Source: a virus
DNA: 63,750 nt
IMG/VR virus record: IMGVR_UViG_3300045988_109082
Direction: 5' to 3' (one strand)
The position numbers were made by a program, and so were the translations under genes. How positions within the stretch are numbered: position 1 is the stretch's first letter; each line of letters starts with the position of its first letter. Shown piece by piece: positions 43,978-52,521 of this stretch. The notes beneath the pieces were generated by a model. That model had not been told where the DNA came from and did not search any database. It saw only the letters and a list, made by a program, of their open reading frames with translations.

Positions 43978-44147
43978 ATATTCTCAACCATCCCGCACCA
44001 CTTATCCCATGCTTCCTCTCTCGTATCGGCATAAGGGGCTTCCAAGTGGGTGCAGAAAAACATGTAGCGGCCTCTCCATTCGAATATGAGCGGGACACAT
44101 CCGTAGAGGGGGCAGCAGTGCCGAATCTTCGATGCTAGATTGAACAT
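43956..44147 (-). CDS. Degenerate Lar-like small protein
   Basis: 63 aa. CCPLYG...EEAWDKW pattern. Confidence 0.4.
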   Translation of the reverse strand: MFNLASKIRHCCPLYGCVPLIFEWRGRYMFFCTHLEAPYADTREEAWDKWCGMVENIWERDRK

Positions 44148-44332
44148 GTTCGTCTCCTTAAATCTCGTATGAAGTTGTGGCGGCTTCGCCAGTCCGAGGG
44201 CGTGCCGCTCGTCGCCGTGAGCAGCACGCCGTCATCGAATATCTTCCAGTGGCCGCTGCCGGCGCGTACCACCGTGTAGCCGTGCGAGGCTATCCAATGC
44301 ATGAGTTTGCGGTCATCTCCACGCGCGGTCAT
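44135..44332 (-). CDS. HicA-like small protein (weak)
   Basis: 65 aa. LMHWIASHGYTVVRAGSGHWKI resembles the HicA/YcfA core. No obvious HicB partner. Confidence 0.4.
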   Translation of the reverse strand: MTARGDDRKLMHWIASHGYTVVRAGSGHWKIFDDGVLLTATSGTPSDWRSRHNFIRDLRRRTCSI

Positions 44333-44607
44333 GCTTTGAGCCTCATCTTCAACGCGAGACCGTTTTCATGCACGCTGCCCTTATCGAAGCCCATGAAACC
44401 GTTGAATAGTTCGTATTCGAGCAATACGGTGTCCACGCGGAACTCGTCGTACTGATGGTTTTTGATGCGTTCCATGACAAGCCTCATCGATGCGGCCGTA
44501 TCCCTGCGGTCGGCCTGTATCGGAATGAGATACGGCCAAAGATTCCATTCGCCCGGATGATCGTTCAGCCAATGGGCGAAATCAACGAGTTTCCTATCTT
44601 CCATCAT
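44329..44607 (-). CDS. Hypothetical protein
   Basis: 92 aa. ATGA overlap. Confidence 0.6.
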   Translation of the reverse strand: MMEDRKLVDFAHWLNDHPGEWNLWPYLIPIQADRRDTAASMRLVMERIKNHQYDEFRVDTVLLEYELFNGFMGFDKGSVHENGLALKMRLKA

Positions 44608-44735
44608 GTTCGCCTTGCCTTTTCGATGAATTCGCGCAGATACGGGTCATCGATGTCGATGGGGTGGCCGGCGAAAACCATGCCGCCCTCTTGGATGGGC
44701 AATGGGGGAGTGCGTTTGGTTTTATGCTCCCTTGC

Positions 44736-44891
44736 CTATTTCGCGCTTCCGGCTCTATGCTTCGCCAACCGTATGGGGTCGGCCTTGATATGGCAGTTGC
44801 GGCAACGGGGCCCGCTGCACATCTGGTTACGTGGCCGGATACGCCCGCAGTCGATGCATTCGGTGGATGTCGTGTTGTGACTGTTTTCCAT
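44736..44891 (-). CDS. Small Zn-ribbon protein
   Basis: 51 aa from MENSHNTT. CIDCG...CRNC. TGATG junction with the upstream gene. Confidence 0.5.
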   Translation of the reverse strand: MENSHNTTSTECIDCGRIRPRNQMCSGPRCRNCHIKADPIRLAKHRAGSAK

Positions 44892-45265
44892 CAGGAGCGT
44901 TCCCTGACCACGTAATCCGGGTGTTCCCGGCAATAGTCTTGGACACGTTCCAACCATTTGATTGCGCCGTCCACACTGCCCCAATCAACCAACTCGCCGT
45001 TCTCGTCGCGCGGATTGTATTCGGAACGCAGCTCATGCAACGGCTGAAGGTAGATGCGCATGAGGGCGTGCCCTATGATTTCGGCGCATTCCCTACCGGT
45101 CTTGCCGTCCAAGTCGGTTGACGGGCGAACATGATAGGCGGCGAAGAACGGGCCGAGATTGTACGTGTAGTTGAAGTAGCAGCCATAGTCATAGTCAGGG
45201 TCGTACCCGTAATCCCAGAAGTTCTCGGGAATATCCCGGCGTACCACATACAGGTCGTAGCTCAT
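44891..45265 (-). CDS. Hypothetical protein
   Basis: 124-aa operon-frame ORF. Confidence 0.6.
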   Translation of the reverse strand: MSYDLYVVRRDIPENFWDYGYDPDYDYGCYFNYTYNLGPFFAAYHVRPSTDLDGKTGRECAEIIGHALMRIYLQPLHELRSEYNPRDENGELVDWGSVDGAIKWLERVQDYCREHPDYVVRERS

Positions 45266-45654
45266 TCTTCGTCTCCTTCGATGATTCCATGTCCTGCTAT
45301 CAATGCGAGGGTCTTTAAGTCGGTGAGCACGGGCTGGTTGTCCATGCTTGACAACGTGTTCAAGCCGAGACCCTTCTGTTTGAACACGACGAACCAGTAA
45401 GGTGCGTCAGCGTTACCCGCCTCGGTACGGCCCTCCTGCATCCACTCCTTGAGTCTCCCCGTATAGGTGCTGTAGTTTTTACACTCCAATACGACCGGCT
45501 GGCCGTGGATACGCAGACCGGTGATATCGCCCTGGTCTTTCGTCCCATGCAACACTTCACGGTGTATCGTCTGCTCGCTGTCACCCAACCGGGCGCGCAA
45601 ATAGTTGACCACCTTGGATTCAAGCAGTGTGCCTTTGGCTTTCTGTCGGCTCAT
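45262..45654 (-). CDS. PD-(D/E)XK nuclease, putative Holliday-junction resolvase
   Basis: 130 aa from MSRQKAKG. Motif DQGDITGL...VVLECK, an Hjc/RecU-like D...ExK. Confidence 0.6.
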   Translation of the reverse strand: MSRQKAKGTLLESKVVNYLRARLGDSEQTIHREVLHGTKDQGDITGLRIHGQPVVLECKNYSTYTGRLKEWMQEGRTEAGNADAPYWFVVFKQKGLGLNTLSSMDNQPVLTDLKTLALIAGHGIIEGDEE

Positions 45655-45779
45655 TCGTCCATCCACCATTCAGTCGGGTCATCGTGAAACTGGCAGTCCA
45701 CGCAGTCCCCGAATACGTTCAAGATTCCTCCGCAGTACGGGCAATGCTCATACTGGACGGGCAGATAACTCGGTCTCAT
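45651..45779 (-). CDS. Zn-ribbon micro-protein (42 aa)
   Basis: Hand-translated MRPSYLPVQYEHCPYCGGILNVFGDCVDCQFHDDPTEWWMDE. ATGA overlap downstream. Confidence 0.4.
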   Translation of the reverse strand: MRPSYLPVQYEHCPYCGGILNVFGDCVDCQFHDDPTEWWMDE

Positions 45780-45781
45780 AA

Positions 45782-45940
45782 TCAGAACTCCGGGTTGTCT
45801 CGTAATCGTTTTTGCACGTCCCCGCGCATCTGCTCGATCACACCAACCCGAAGTCCGGTAGCCAAGCGAATCTCCTCTGCCGGACGGTTCGAGTCTTCAA
45901 TGAGCAGTTGCCATGCTTTACTTTTCGCTTTGCTCAACAT
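45782..45940 (-). CDS. Small HTH-like protein (52 aa)
   Basis: Hand-translated MLSKAKSKAWQLLIEDSNRPAEEIRLATGLRVGVIEQMRGDVQKRLRDNPEF behind GGAGAAGGGGG. Confidence 0.45.
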   Translation of the reverse strand: MLSKAKSKAWQLLIEDSNRPAEEIRLATGLRVGVIEQMRGDVQKRLRDNPEF

Positions 45941-46208
45941 GAGCCCCCTTCTCCAAATTAGAGCTGATACGCACCCGATAGTCGGTGATGCTCCAAGTCA
46001 GATGGTTCAACTGCCAGACGGTGAGTCCAAGAAAAACCAGCAGACAAAACGCTTGAACAATGGCCATCATCGTATTCTTTGACGTGATGCCCACCGCGAG
46101 GGAGAACGAGAAAAACACGTCCCACCCCAAATACCAGTACACGGACCATAATCCGGGTTTGCTGCCGTCACGTCGTTCGTAAACCGTGACCATATCCTTG
46201 TCACTCAT
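45918..46208 (-). CDS. Membrane protein
   Basis: 96 aa. Two to three hydrophobic segments. Confidence 0.6.
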   Translation of the reverse strand: MSDKDMVTVYERRDGSKPGLWSVYWYLGWDVFFSFSLAVGITSKNTMMAIVQAFCLLVFLGLTVWQLNHLTWSITDYRVRISSNLEKGAHVEQSEK

Positions 46209-46425
46209 TTCGATTCCTTCTTCTGCTCCTGTTCACGCCACCCCATACGCCTTGCAATGGGTAGCCGCTGATTCTGTCGTGTTGCGCCGCGTACCGTGCG
46301 CATTCGCATATCGCCGGACATTGGGCGCAGGCCTTGAGCGCCAATCGTTCCTCGCTGGACGTGGTTGGGAAGAACAGGTCAGGGTCCATGTCACGGCACG
46401 CGGCCTTGTCACGCCAGCCGCTCAA
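46201..46425 (-). CDS. whiB: WhiB-family transcription factor (copy 2)
   Basis: 74 aa. MSGWRDKAACRDMDPDLFFP...CAQCPAICEC...GVWGG. Confidence 0.85.
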   Translation of the reverse strand: MSGWRDKAACRDMDPDLFFPTTSSEERLALKACAQCPAICECARYAAQHDRISGYPLQGVWGGVNRSRRRNRNE

Positions 46426-46461
46426 TTCAATTCCTTCTTCGCGTTTTGAGACTGCTTACGC

Positions 46462-46674
46462 TCATGATTCCTCCTTGAGCGTGGCGACATATGCGATGGC
46501 CTTGCGTTCACGCTTCGCGTACCTCTCGCATTTGCGTTTGAGACGTTTGAGGCTCATGGCGTACAGGAAGTCTCTGAAGTTGCCGTCTTCGTAGATTTTG
46601 GCTTGATAACGGCCGCAGGTGCCTTCCGCGCTGATATGCGCGACCAAATGGTCTGTAAGCTGAATCTCGTTCAT
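46462..46674 (-). CDS. Hypothetical protein
   Basis: 70 aa from MNEIQLTD. ATGA overlap. Confidence 0.55.
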   Translation of the reverse strand: MNEIQLTDHLVAHISAEGTCGRYQAKIYEDGNFRDFLYAMSLKRLKRKCERYAKRERKAIAYVATLKEES

Positions 46675-46949
46675 GCGTTTTCCTTTCGATATGGGTTTGG
46701 CGTGTATTCGGGCGGTTCCTCGCCGGGCATGGGGTTCATGTTCTTGAGGGCTTGGATATATCCGTTCTCCCATGCCTGTTCGGCTATCTGCCGGTCGTGT
46801 TCGTCTATGGCGGGTTTGAAAGCCGCCAGCAACAGGTCTTCGCTGTACAACTCGCCTTGTTCCCAGACGGAATCGCAAGCCATGCGCAGCAGTTCCCTGA
46901 AATCCTCGGGAATATAGTCTGGATGAATTGTTTCGTCGTGTCCGCTCAT
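46671..46949 (-). CDS. Hypothetical protein
   Basis: 92 aa from MSGHDETIHP. ATGA overlap. Confidence 0.55.
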   Translation of the reverse strand: MSGHDETIHPDYIPEDFRELLRMACDSVWEQGELYSEDLLLAAFKPAIDEHDRQIAEQAWENGYIQALKNMNPMPGEEPPEYTPNPYRKENA

Positions 46950-47227
46950 TGTCCGCCTCCCATTTCCTTCTCTCGCGCCATGATCTCCACGTCGTCGGCG
47001 AGCATCCTCAGCACGACGGCGAGCGTGCCATACGATTCGGCGGTCGGATACACCGTCTTGCTGACATACACGTCCCACCTGTCGGAACCTTGATGATTGT
47101 CGGCCTTGAGGATAATGAGCGGGTCGGCGTCGATGAAACGACCGTCCTTCATGCCCCGCACTTTGAGCATCAGACGTATCGAATCCGCCTGCTCGCTCGT
47201 GTTACCCAAAATATCCAGAGTGCTCAT
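46946..47227 (-). CDS. Hypothetical protein
   Basis: 93 aa. ATGA overlap. Confidence 0.55.
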   Translation of the reverse strand: MSTLDILGNTSEQADSIRLMLKVRGMKDGRFIDADPLIILKADNHQGSDRWDVYVSKTVYPTAESYGTLAVVLRMLADDVEIMAREKEMGGGQ

Positions 47228-47466
47228 CGTCCACCTCGCAGTTCCTTCTCCTCGTTCGCGATTGATTGGAGGATGTCCTCCAGGTCGCCGAGCTCGTTCC
47301 GGCTCAACCGGATGCGGCGGATGCTGTCGCCATCATGAGTGGCCAGCACCCATGAGCGGGTGCCGTTTCGGCCGTCTCCGGGAATCCAGCTCAGGGTCAC
47401 ATGCCCGCAGGAGGCACCTGTGACCATGCCGCACCGTCGTTCGATCTCCACGTCCGTCGCCTTCAT
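47224..47466 (-). CDS. Hypothetical protein
   Basis: 80-aa operon-frame ORF. Confidence 0.55.
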   Translation of the reverse strand: MKATDVEIERRCGMVTGASCGHVTLSWIPGDGRNGTRSWVLATHDGDSIRRIRLSRNELGDLEDILQSIANEEKELRGGR

Positions 47467-47502
47467 CGTCTGCCTCCCAGACTCTCGCGAATCCGCTCCA
47501 CA

Positions 47503-47694
47503 TCAGCATTCATCGTCTGCCTCCGTGACTTCCTCGCCGACTGGTAGGGTGCGATAGATTTTTGTGATTCGCCACGTGCCCGGCGTCTCGTGGATATGCT
47601 TCACAGCGGCCTCATAGGAATTGAAAGTGACGGTCGGATACAGCATCTCGATAGCCGAATCGACCAGATATTCTTCCTTGGTCTCCAACTTCAT
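47503..47694 (-). CDS. Hypothetical protein
   Basis: 63 aa from MKLETKEEY. ATGA overlap. Confidence 0.5.
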   Translation of the reverse strand: MKLETKEEYLVDSAIEMLYPTVTFNSYEAAVKHIHETPGTWRITKIYRTLPVGEEVTEADDEC

Positions 47695-47975
47695 CGTCCG
47701 TCTTCCTGACTCATGTAGGTCAACGTGAAGCATTTATCACCGTTGCATATGCGGTTCCAAGCGGCGATATTGTATTGCAACTGATACGGGGCGGGCTTCC
47801 GTGAACAACCTCCCTCGAAGCCGAGCCCGCAGACAGTGCAGCGGAACATCACGATAAAGAACGTGTATTCAGGCAACCACTGCACGCCGTCCCGCTCCCA
47901 TTTCGCCTTGACCTTGCCCCCACAACGAGGACACGGGCTAATCCTGTGAAACCTCACCAGACTCACCTCCCTCAA
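47691..47975 (-). CDS. Lar-like zinc-ribbon protein
   Basis: 94 aa. CPRCGG...CTVCG...NIAAWNRI. Confidence 0.55.
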   Translation of the reverse strand: MREVSLVRFHRISPCPRCGGKVKAKWERDGVQWLPEYTFFIVMFRCTVCGLGFEGGCSRKPAPYQLQYNIAAWNRICNGDKCFTLTYMSQEDGR

Positions 47976-48195
47976 GAGGCGCGTTCAAATCCACCTGTTC
48001 GATACGCGCACGCTCCTGTAAGATGTTCGCGTATGTCCCCATCGCGTACAATTGGCTTTCAAGGAGCTGGAAGGAGCACGCGGGCGTGAAGTCCAACGTG
48101 CCCTCCGCGTAGCCCTCAAGCATGTGCGCCAGCTTGCTGATACGCTCCTGCAATTCTCGATGTTCGCGGATCATCCGCTGCTTGTAATCACTCAT
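47938..48195 (-). CDS. Hypothetical helical protein
   Basis: 85-aa operon-frame ORF. Confidence 0.55.
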   Translation of the reverse strand: MSDYKQRMIREHRELQERISKLAHMLEGYAEGTLDFTPACSFQLLESQLYAMGTYANILQERARIEQVDLNAPLEGGESGEVSQD

Positions 48196-48244
48196 TGGTT
48201 GTCTCCTTCGGTTTGGTTTTGTAGTCTCGGACGATGCACACGCA

Positions 48245-48490
48245 TCAGTCCATCCTTTCGTCCAACCATTCGATGTCCTCCCAGATCGAGAGCATGACCT
48301 GATCGAGAGCGCCCCTACTGCTCAATGCCCATACAGCGCCGTAGTTGGTGCGCTCCCGCACCGCCGTGACATAACCTTTGTCCGGGTAGACGTGGGATTC
48401 CGCAATCCAGTGGAACGGGAGCATCCCCTTGCGCAAAATCAAAGTAAAACGACTGTGCTCAACCTTGATGAAGCTCCTCATGTCGCTCAT
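48245..48490 (-). CDS. Hypothetical protein
   Basis: 81 aa. Confidence 0.55.
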   Translation of the reverse strand: MSDMRSFIKVEHSRFTLILRKGMLPFHWIAESHVYPDKGYVTAVRERTNYGAVWALSSRGALDQVMLSIWEDIEWLDERMD

Positions 48491-48849
48491 TCCTCCGTTG
48501 CCTCCATCGGGTAATTGATGTCCACAAGCAACCGTGTGGAATAGCTGAGCATCTTCACGAGTTTGAACGGCTTCTGCGTCTCCGTGACTCTGAACGGTGG
48601 CTCATATTCCCACCATTCGCTGCCGTCGTATTCTTCGCGGCGCAGAAAACCGCCATCCGTGAACACCACGACCAGATCGACGGCTATCTCCTGACCGCCG
48701 TATCCGTCGTCGTAATCGATGTCAAGCACCGGTTCGGCCTGACTCCACGGAATTCCCAGCTCCCCGTCGCGGGAGCCGACGAATCGAACGTCATCGGTCG
48801 AATGCTCGCTTCGTGATATCGCACTCTTGGTTTCACCTAAAAGATTCAT
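48487..48849 (-). CDS. Hypothetical protein
   Basis: 120 aa. ATGA overlap. Confidence 0.6.
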   Translation of the reverse strand: MNLLGETKSAISRSEHSTDDVRFVGSRDGELGIPWSQAEPVLDIDYDDGYGGQEIAVDLVVVFTDGGFLRREEYDGSEWWEYEPPFRVTETQKPFKLVKMLSYSTRLLVDINYPMEATEE

Positions 48850-49139
48850 TCTTCCGCTGCCTTTCCTTGCATTGCCTTGACTGCGAGTCGCATGGCGTCG
48901 TAGTATTCGGCCCTCAACGCGCAGTCAGAATCCCATTGAGGGTAAGAGTCGGGCTTCAACGCCTCGTAGAACGCTTTCGCTCCGGCTACGATTTCCTCGT
49001 TCGTGGGCCGGCGCGTGGCTCCGGCGATAAAACCGGCCTCGTATTCCTTGCCCTTGGTCGTGCCACGTATTTCCTCGGGGGATAGACGGACAACTCGTTG
49101 GAGGACAGCCCACTTCGCCTCACTGCTGATGATGCTCAC
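48846..49139 (-). CDS. Hypothetical protein
   Basis: 97 aa from GTG (GTGA overlap with the MazG-like stop). Confidence 0.5.
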   Translation of the reverse strand: MSIISSEAKWAVLQRVVRLSPEEIRGTTKGKEYEAGFIAGATRRPTNEEIVAGAKAFYEALKPDSYPQWDSDCALRAEYYDAMRLAVKAMQGKAAEE

Positions 49140-49558
49140 AGTCGACCTCGTTCCTGATTGCGAACAAGGCAATCATCCATAGACTGAGCAAGTTCCTCGT
49201 CGGTGATGTCGAACGCGGTGATCAGGTTGCCGACCGTCTGCAACACGTCGGCGAGCTCGCCGAGCATGGCTTGGCGGCGCTGGTCGTGCACGTAACCTAT
49301 CCATCCGGCTTTCGCCTTGTCCCGGTCATCGCCGAGCTCGCCGTCCACGTTCACCCCGAAGCAGGCGAGGCAGTTCGCATGGTCATCGAACTCCAGGCCA
49401 ATGCCGCTCGGGTCTGTCGGGTCGTTGGCTTTCAGGTATTGTTTCCCGGCCTCCACCATCTCCGCCGCCTCCTCAAGCGTCTTCAACAACAGCCACTTGT
49501 CGGGCGTGAGACGGCCGAATGATTCGACCGAGGGCAATTTCACGATACGGTTGCTCAT
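49136..49558 (-). CDS. MazG-like nucleotide pyrophosphohydrolase
   Basis: 140 aa from MSNRIVKL (ATGA overlap). LEEAAEMVEA...LGELADVLQTVGNL is an all-alpha NTP-PPase pattern. Confidence 0.6.
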   Translation of the reverse strand: MSNRIVKLPSVESFGRLTPDKWLLLKTLEEAAEMVEAGKQYLKANDPTDPSGIGLEFDDHANCLACFGVNVDGELGDDRDKAKAGWIGYVHDQRRQAMLGELADVLQTVGNLITAFDITDEELAQSMDDCLVRNQERGRL

Positions 49559-50184
49559 GCTTCCACCACCTTGGCCGGACGGAACGGAGCTTGAGTGGTC
49601 ACTTGCTTGCTGTTGAGGCCCGACCACACAGAACCGGTGACGGGGGATTCCGGGTCACCGATAAGCAAAGCGACCAACTTCGAATTGTCCAGGCCGGAGA
49701 TGGCGACGCTCCACAAGGCATTGTCCTTATCCCACCACAACCCGTCATGGTCGGGCAGCTTCGGCTTCCGACGCAAAGCGTAGGCGAAATCATCGGAGTC
49801 GATGCAGTACTCACCGTCTATCTCGCTGATGCGGATACGCAGGAGCATGTCGCCTAGAGGGTCAGGCTTGAGATCGATGACGCGGAAATGGTTTCCCTCC
49901 GTCGTGCAGGCAATATCGCCCACCTGCACGTTTTCGATGTTGTCGATGCGCTCATACTCGGGGTCATCCAACAGTTCGATGGATTGGATATTGTCTATTG
50001 GCTCAAAATCACAGGAAGAGTCATAGCTACGTGACGTGTACAAAGAACGGTTATCGCCTAAATCAATATCTCCTGTGTCATCTAACACTCCAGTAACAAT
50101 GGTGCCGTTCTTCCATGTGGCCTTGACGTGCAGTCCGGCCATCTCCTCGCAGGTCTTGCCTTCCCAGAAGGGTTTCTCGCTCAT
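49555..50184 (-). CDS. Hypothetical protein, paralog of the C-terminal two-thirds of 51598..52521
   Basis: 209 aa from MSEKPFWEGKTCEEMAGLHVKATWKNG behind AGGAGGAG. Compare KPFWKGKTCGELEGLRVKITWNNG in the paralog. Confidence 0.65.
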   Translation of the reverse strand: MSEKPFWEGKTCEEMAGLHVKATWKNGTIVTGVLDDTGDIDLGDNRSLYTSRSYDSSCDFEPIDNIQSIELLDDPEYERIDNIENVQVGDIACTTEGNHFRVIDLKPDPLGDMLLRIRISEIDGEYCIDSDDFAYALRRKPKLPDHDGLWWDKDNALWSVAISGLDNSKLVALLIGDPESPVTGSVWSGLNSKQVTTQAPFRPAKVVEA

Positions 50185-50386
50185 TGTCATTCTCCTCCTT
50201 TTCGTTGTTTTCGATTGCGTCCTGCAGATCGCGTTCGGCGAGCATGAGATGCGCCTGGGCGCGGGTCATTGATTTCAATGTCTGCGGGCCGTTGGCGGCC
50301 ATCCAGCCGAGAGCATCCACTTTCTTCTCGAGCAGATGGGTCTGCGTCGCGAGTTCGCGCAATCGTCCAACAAGCAGTGCGGTCAT
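50078..50386 (-). CDS. Hypothetical coiled-coil protein
   Basis: 102 aa behind GGAAAGGAGAG. Its 3' 107 nt overlap the next gene, so the C-terminus is uncertain. Confidence 0.5.
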   Translation of the reverse strand: MTALLVGRLRELATQTHLLEKKVDALGWMAANGPQTLKSMTRAQAHLMLAERDLQDAIENNEKEENDNERETLLGRQDLRGDGRTARQGHMEERHHCYWSVR

Positions 50387-50569
50387 CGGCTCTCCTTTCC
50401 CTATGCCGGCGAGCGCCGGCGTTGTTTCTTTTTTGGTTGTTGGTGTTTTATTGGTTTTCGTTGTGTGTGGGGCAGTAGAGGTGGCTTCGTTGGATGCCTT
50501 TGTTGCCTTCTTGCCAGCCGTGTTGGAGTGCGGTTTGGATGGCGGTGTTGGTGTCGATGAACAACAGGC

Positions 50570-50932
50570 TTACTGCTTCGGCGGTTCGCATCGCGTCCAA
50601 CCTCCCTTATCGTCCAGAAGCACCCAACCATGTTGGGCGGTGAGAATCGGCACCAGTTCGGGGTGATCGTTGAAACCGCTCACGATGTACCCCAAGCTCA
50701 TGGCCTCACGCGGATGGGCGTGAATCCACCCATGACATCCCGTATCGCCACTCCCACACGCCAAGATGAGGTTCGACGCCTCATGCAGTCCCGGCCACTT
50801 GTGTGACCGGAGTCTGCGATGATGCCGGCTGAAACCGCTCCAATGGAATGGTTTGCCGCAGCGGACGCACCGGTATTGGTCGCGTGCGTCCACCAAATCC
50901 TTGACGTGTTGGGACGGGTTAGATCTGCCCAT
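50570..50932 (-). CDS. HNH endonuclease
   Basis: 120 aa. YRCVRCGK...SRHHRR...NLILAC...GCHGWIH. Confidence 0.75.
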   Translation of the reverse strand: MGRSNPSQHVKDLVDARDQYRCVRCGKPFHWSGFSRHHRRLRSHKWPGLHEASNLILACGSGDTGCHGWIHAHPREAMSLGYIVSGFNDHPELVPILTAQHGWVLLDDKGGWTRCEPPKQ

Positions 50933-51413
50933 TTCCGTATTCGTCCTGGGGTTGGCTCCACGGGTCCGTAGGCTGCTGATACTGCTGTTGCGGTTGCTGG
51001 AATCCCTGTTGCGGCTGCTGGAATCCTTGCTGATACTGCTGCTGCGACTGTTGGAAACCAGACTGCTGGGCCTTGGGTTTCGCGCTCAACACCGCAATGG
51101 TGCGGGCCGCGACATCCCAATTCTCATACCGTTTCCCATCCTTTTCCGACACTCTTTTGGACAAGCTGCCGTTCACAAGAACCTTCACGCTCATGTTCGG
51201 CTGGGACTTCAACTGGCGAACCTGATTCAAAGCATCCTTCGCCTGATTCGACAAGGGACGCACACCATAGAACTGAGGCTCCTTGTCAACCCACTGGTTC
51301 GTGTTCTTATCCGTGTAACCCGGATGGACGCTGACGTTGAGAATACTGGAATCCTGAAAATCCTTGATCTCTCCCGCATATCCGGTAAACTCGATGCTTG
51401 GTTCTCCGGCCAT
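50919..51413 (-). CDS. ssb: Single-stranded DNA-binding protein-like
   Basis: 164 aa from MAGEPSIEFTGYAG. OB-like N-terminal domain, Q/G-rich linker, acidic tip DEYGNGQI. Adjacent to ERF. Confidence 0.55.
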   Translation of the reverse strand: MAGEPSIEFTGYAGEIKDFQDSSILNVSVHPGYTDKNTNQWVDKEPQFYGVRPLSNQAKDALNQVRQLKSQPNMSVKVLVNGSLSKRVSEKDGKRYENWDVAARTIAVLSAKPKAQQSGFQQSQQQYQQGFQQPQQGFQQPQQQYQQPTDPWSQPQDEYGNGQI

Positions 51414-51601
51414 TACGCATTCCTCCTGTGATTGTTCGTCTTGTGTTTCTCCATGGCCCGCCTGTTGCAGACCAGCATGTGTGATTGGGCTCCGGCGCAA
51501 TCAACGGCACCGCATGTGGGGCATTGGGGGAGCGTGATCTTGTCCCCGTGAGCCCACAGGCATCTGGCGCACTTGCAGCCCGGCCTCGGGGTGAAAGTCA
51601 C
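51413..51601 (-). CDS. Small Cys-rich Zn-binding protein
   Basis: 62 aa. CKCARC...CPTCG. Confidence 0.5.
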   Translation of the reverse strand: MTFTPRPGCKCARCLWAHGDKITLPQCPTCGAVDCAGAQSHMLVCNRRAMEKHKTNNHRRNA

Positions 51602-52521
51602 TCGAAGCTCGCCTCCACCTTCGTGAACGGGAAACGATCATCCCGGACACTGGTCTTGAAGAACTGGCTGCGGGATTGGGACTGGCATGGGAAGGCGGGG
51701 GCGATGGTGCCATCATGGGAGAGCACCGGCATCCAACGTTTGCCGTCATGCTTCCACACCGATTCGGTGCGAGCCTTGTAGAAGCCCGGCTCCTTCGGAA
51801 GGTCATCCATCGTGTACGGTCCGCGGTACGCATATTGGAAAAAGAAGTCATCCACCCACCACCCGTCCGGAAAGCCGAGCTCCCCGATACTCAGGCACAG
51901 GGTCTGTCCGCCTATACGGTCAGAATCCGTCTTCTTCACCGTGTACTCGTTGCCGTTCTTCACCACCACTTTGTCGCCGGGGCGAACCTTCGTGATATCG
52001 GTGATACGCTCACGGAAAGCATCATCCACCAGTTCGATGGACTTGATACCGGAGTAAGGGACGAAAGTCGAGGATGAACGAATGGCGGGAGAAAGAGAGA
52101 CGCAATGAGCAACGTTTCCCACCATGTCGAGCGTACTGGTCATCGTGTCGCCGTTATTCCACGTTATCTTGACACGCAGCCCTTCCAGCTCCCCGCAGGT
52201 CTTGCCTTTCCAGAACGGTTTCTTGTCATCATCTTCAGCCTGCTTGACGGATTCCGTCTCGGGCTTCGACTCGTACACATGCACGTTCCGAGCGGAACCG
52301 GTACTGTACCCATCGCCAAAATCCAAGAAAACCACGAGATTGCCTTCATCCTCGGTCTCGATGTACAGTGGCGGCTTATGGCCCATACTCATGATGAGAA
52401 CGTCCACCATGCTTTCCGGGTTCTTCATCTCATGCAGTTCGCCCGCATAATGCCCGTCCGCATCATCAAACTCAACCCACATGCCCGGTTTCACGTCGTT
52501 CAAACCAATCTCACTGCTCAC
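51598..52521 (-). CDS. Hypothetical protein, paralog of 49555..50184
   Basis: 307 aa. Shares the KPFW.GKTC and I.SIEL.DD blocks. Confidence 0.65.
   Translation of the reverse strand: MSSEIGLNDVKPGMWVEFDDADGHYAGELHEMKNPESMVDVLIMSMGHKPPLYIETEDEGNLVVFLDFGDGYSTGSARNVHVYESKPETESVKQAEDDDKKPFWKGKTCGELEGLRVKITWNNGDTMTSTLDMVGNVAHCVSLSPAIRSSSTFVPYSGIKSIELVDDAFRERITDITKVRPGDKVVVKNGNEYTVKKTDSDRIGGQTLCLSIGELGFPDGWWVDDFFFQYAYRGPYTMDDLPKEPGFYKARTESVWKHDGKRWMPVLSHDGTIAPAFPCQSQSRSQFFKTSVRDDRFPFTKVEASFE

Noticed and set aside
44135-44607. HicA/HicB toxin-antitoxin pair.
   Set aside because: The 65-aa protein only loosely matches the HicA core, and the adjacent 92-aa protein shows no HicB/RHH/HTH features. 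It is kept as a low-confidence label only.
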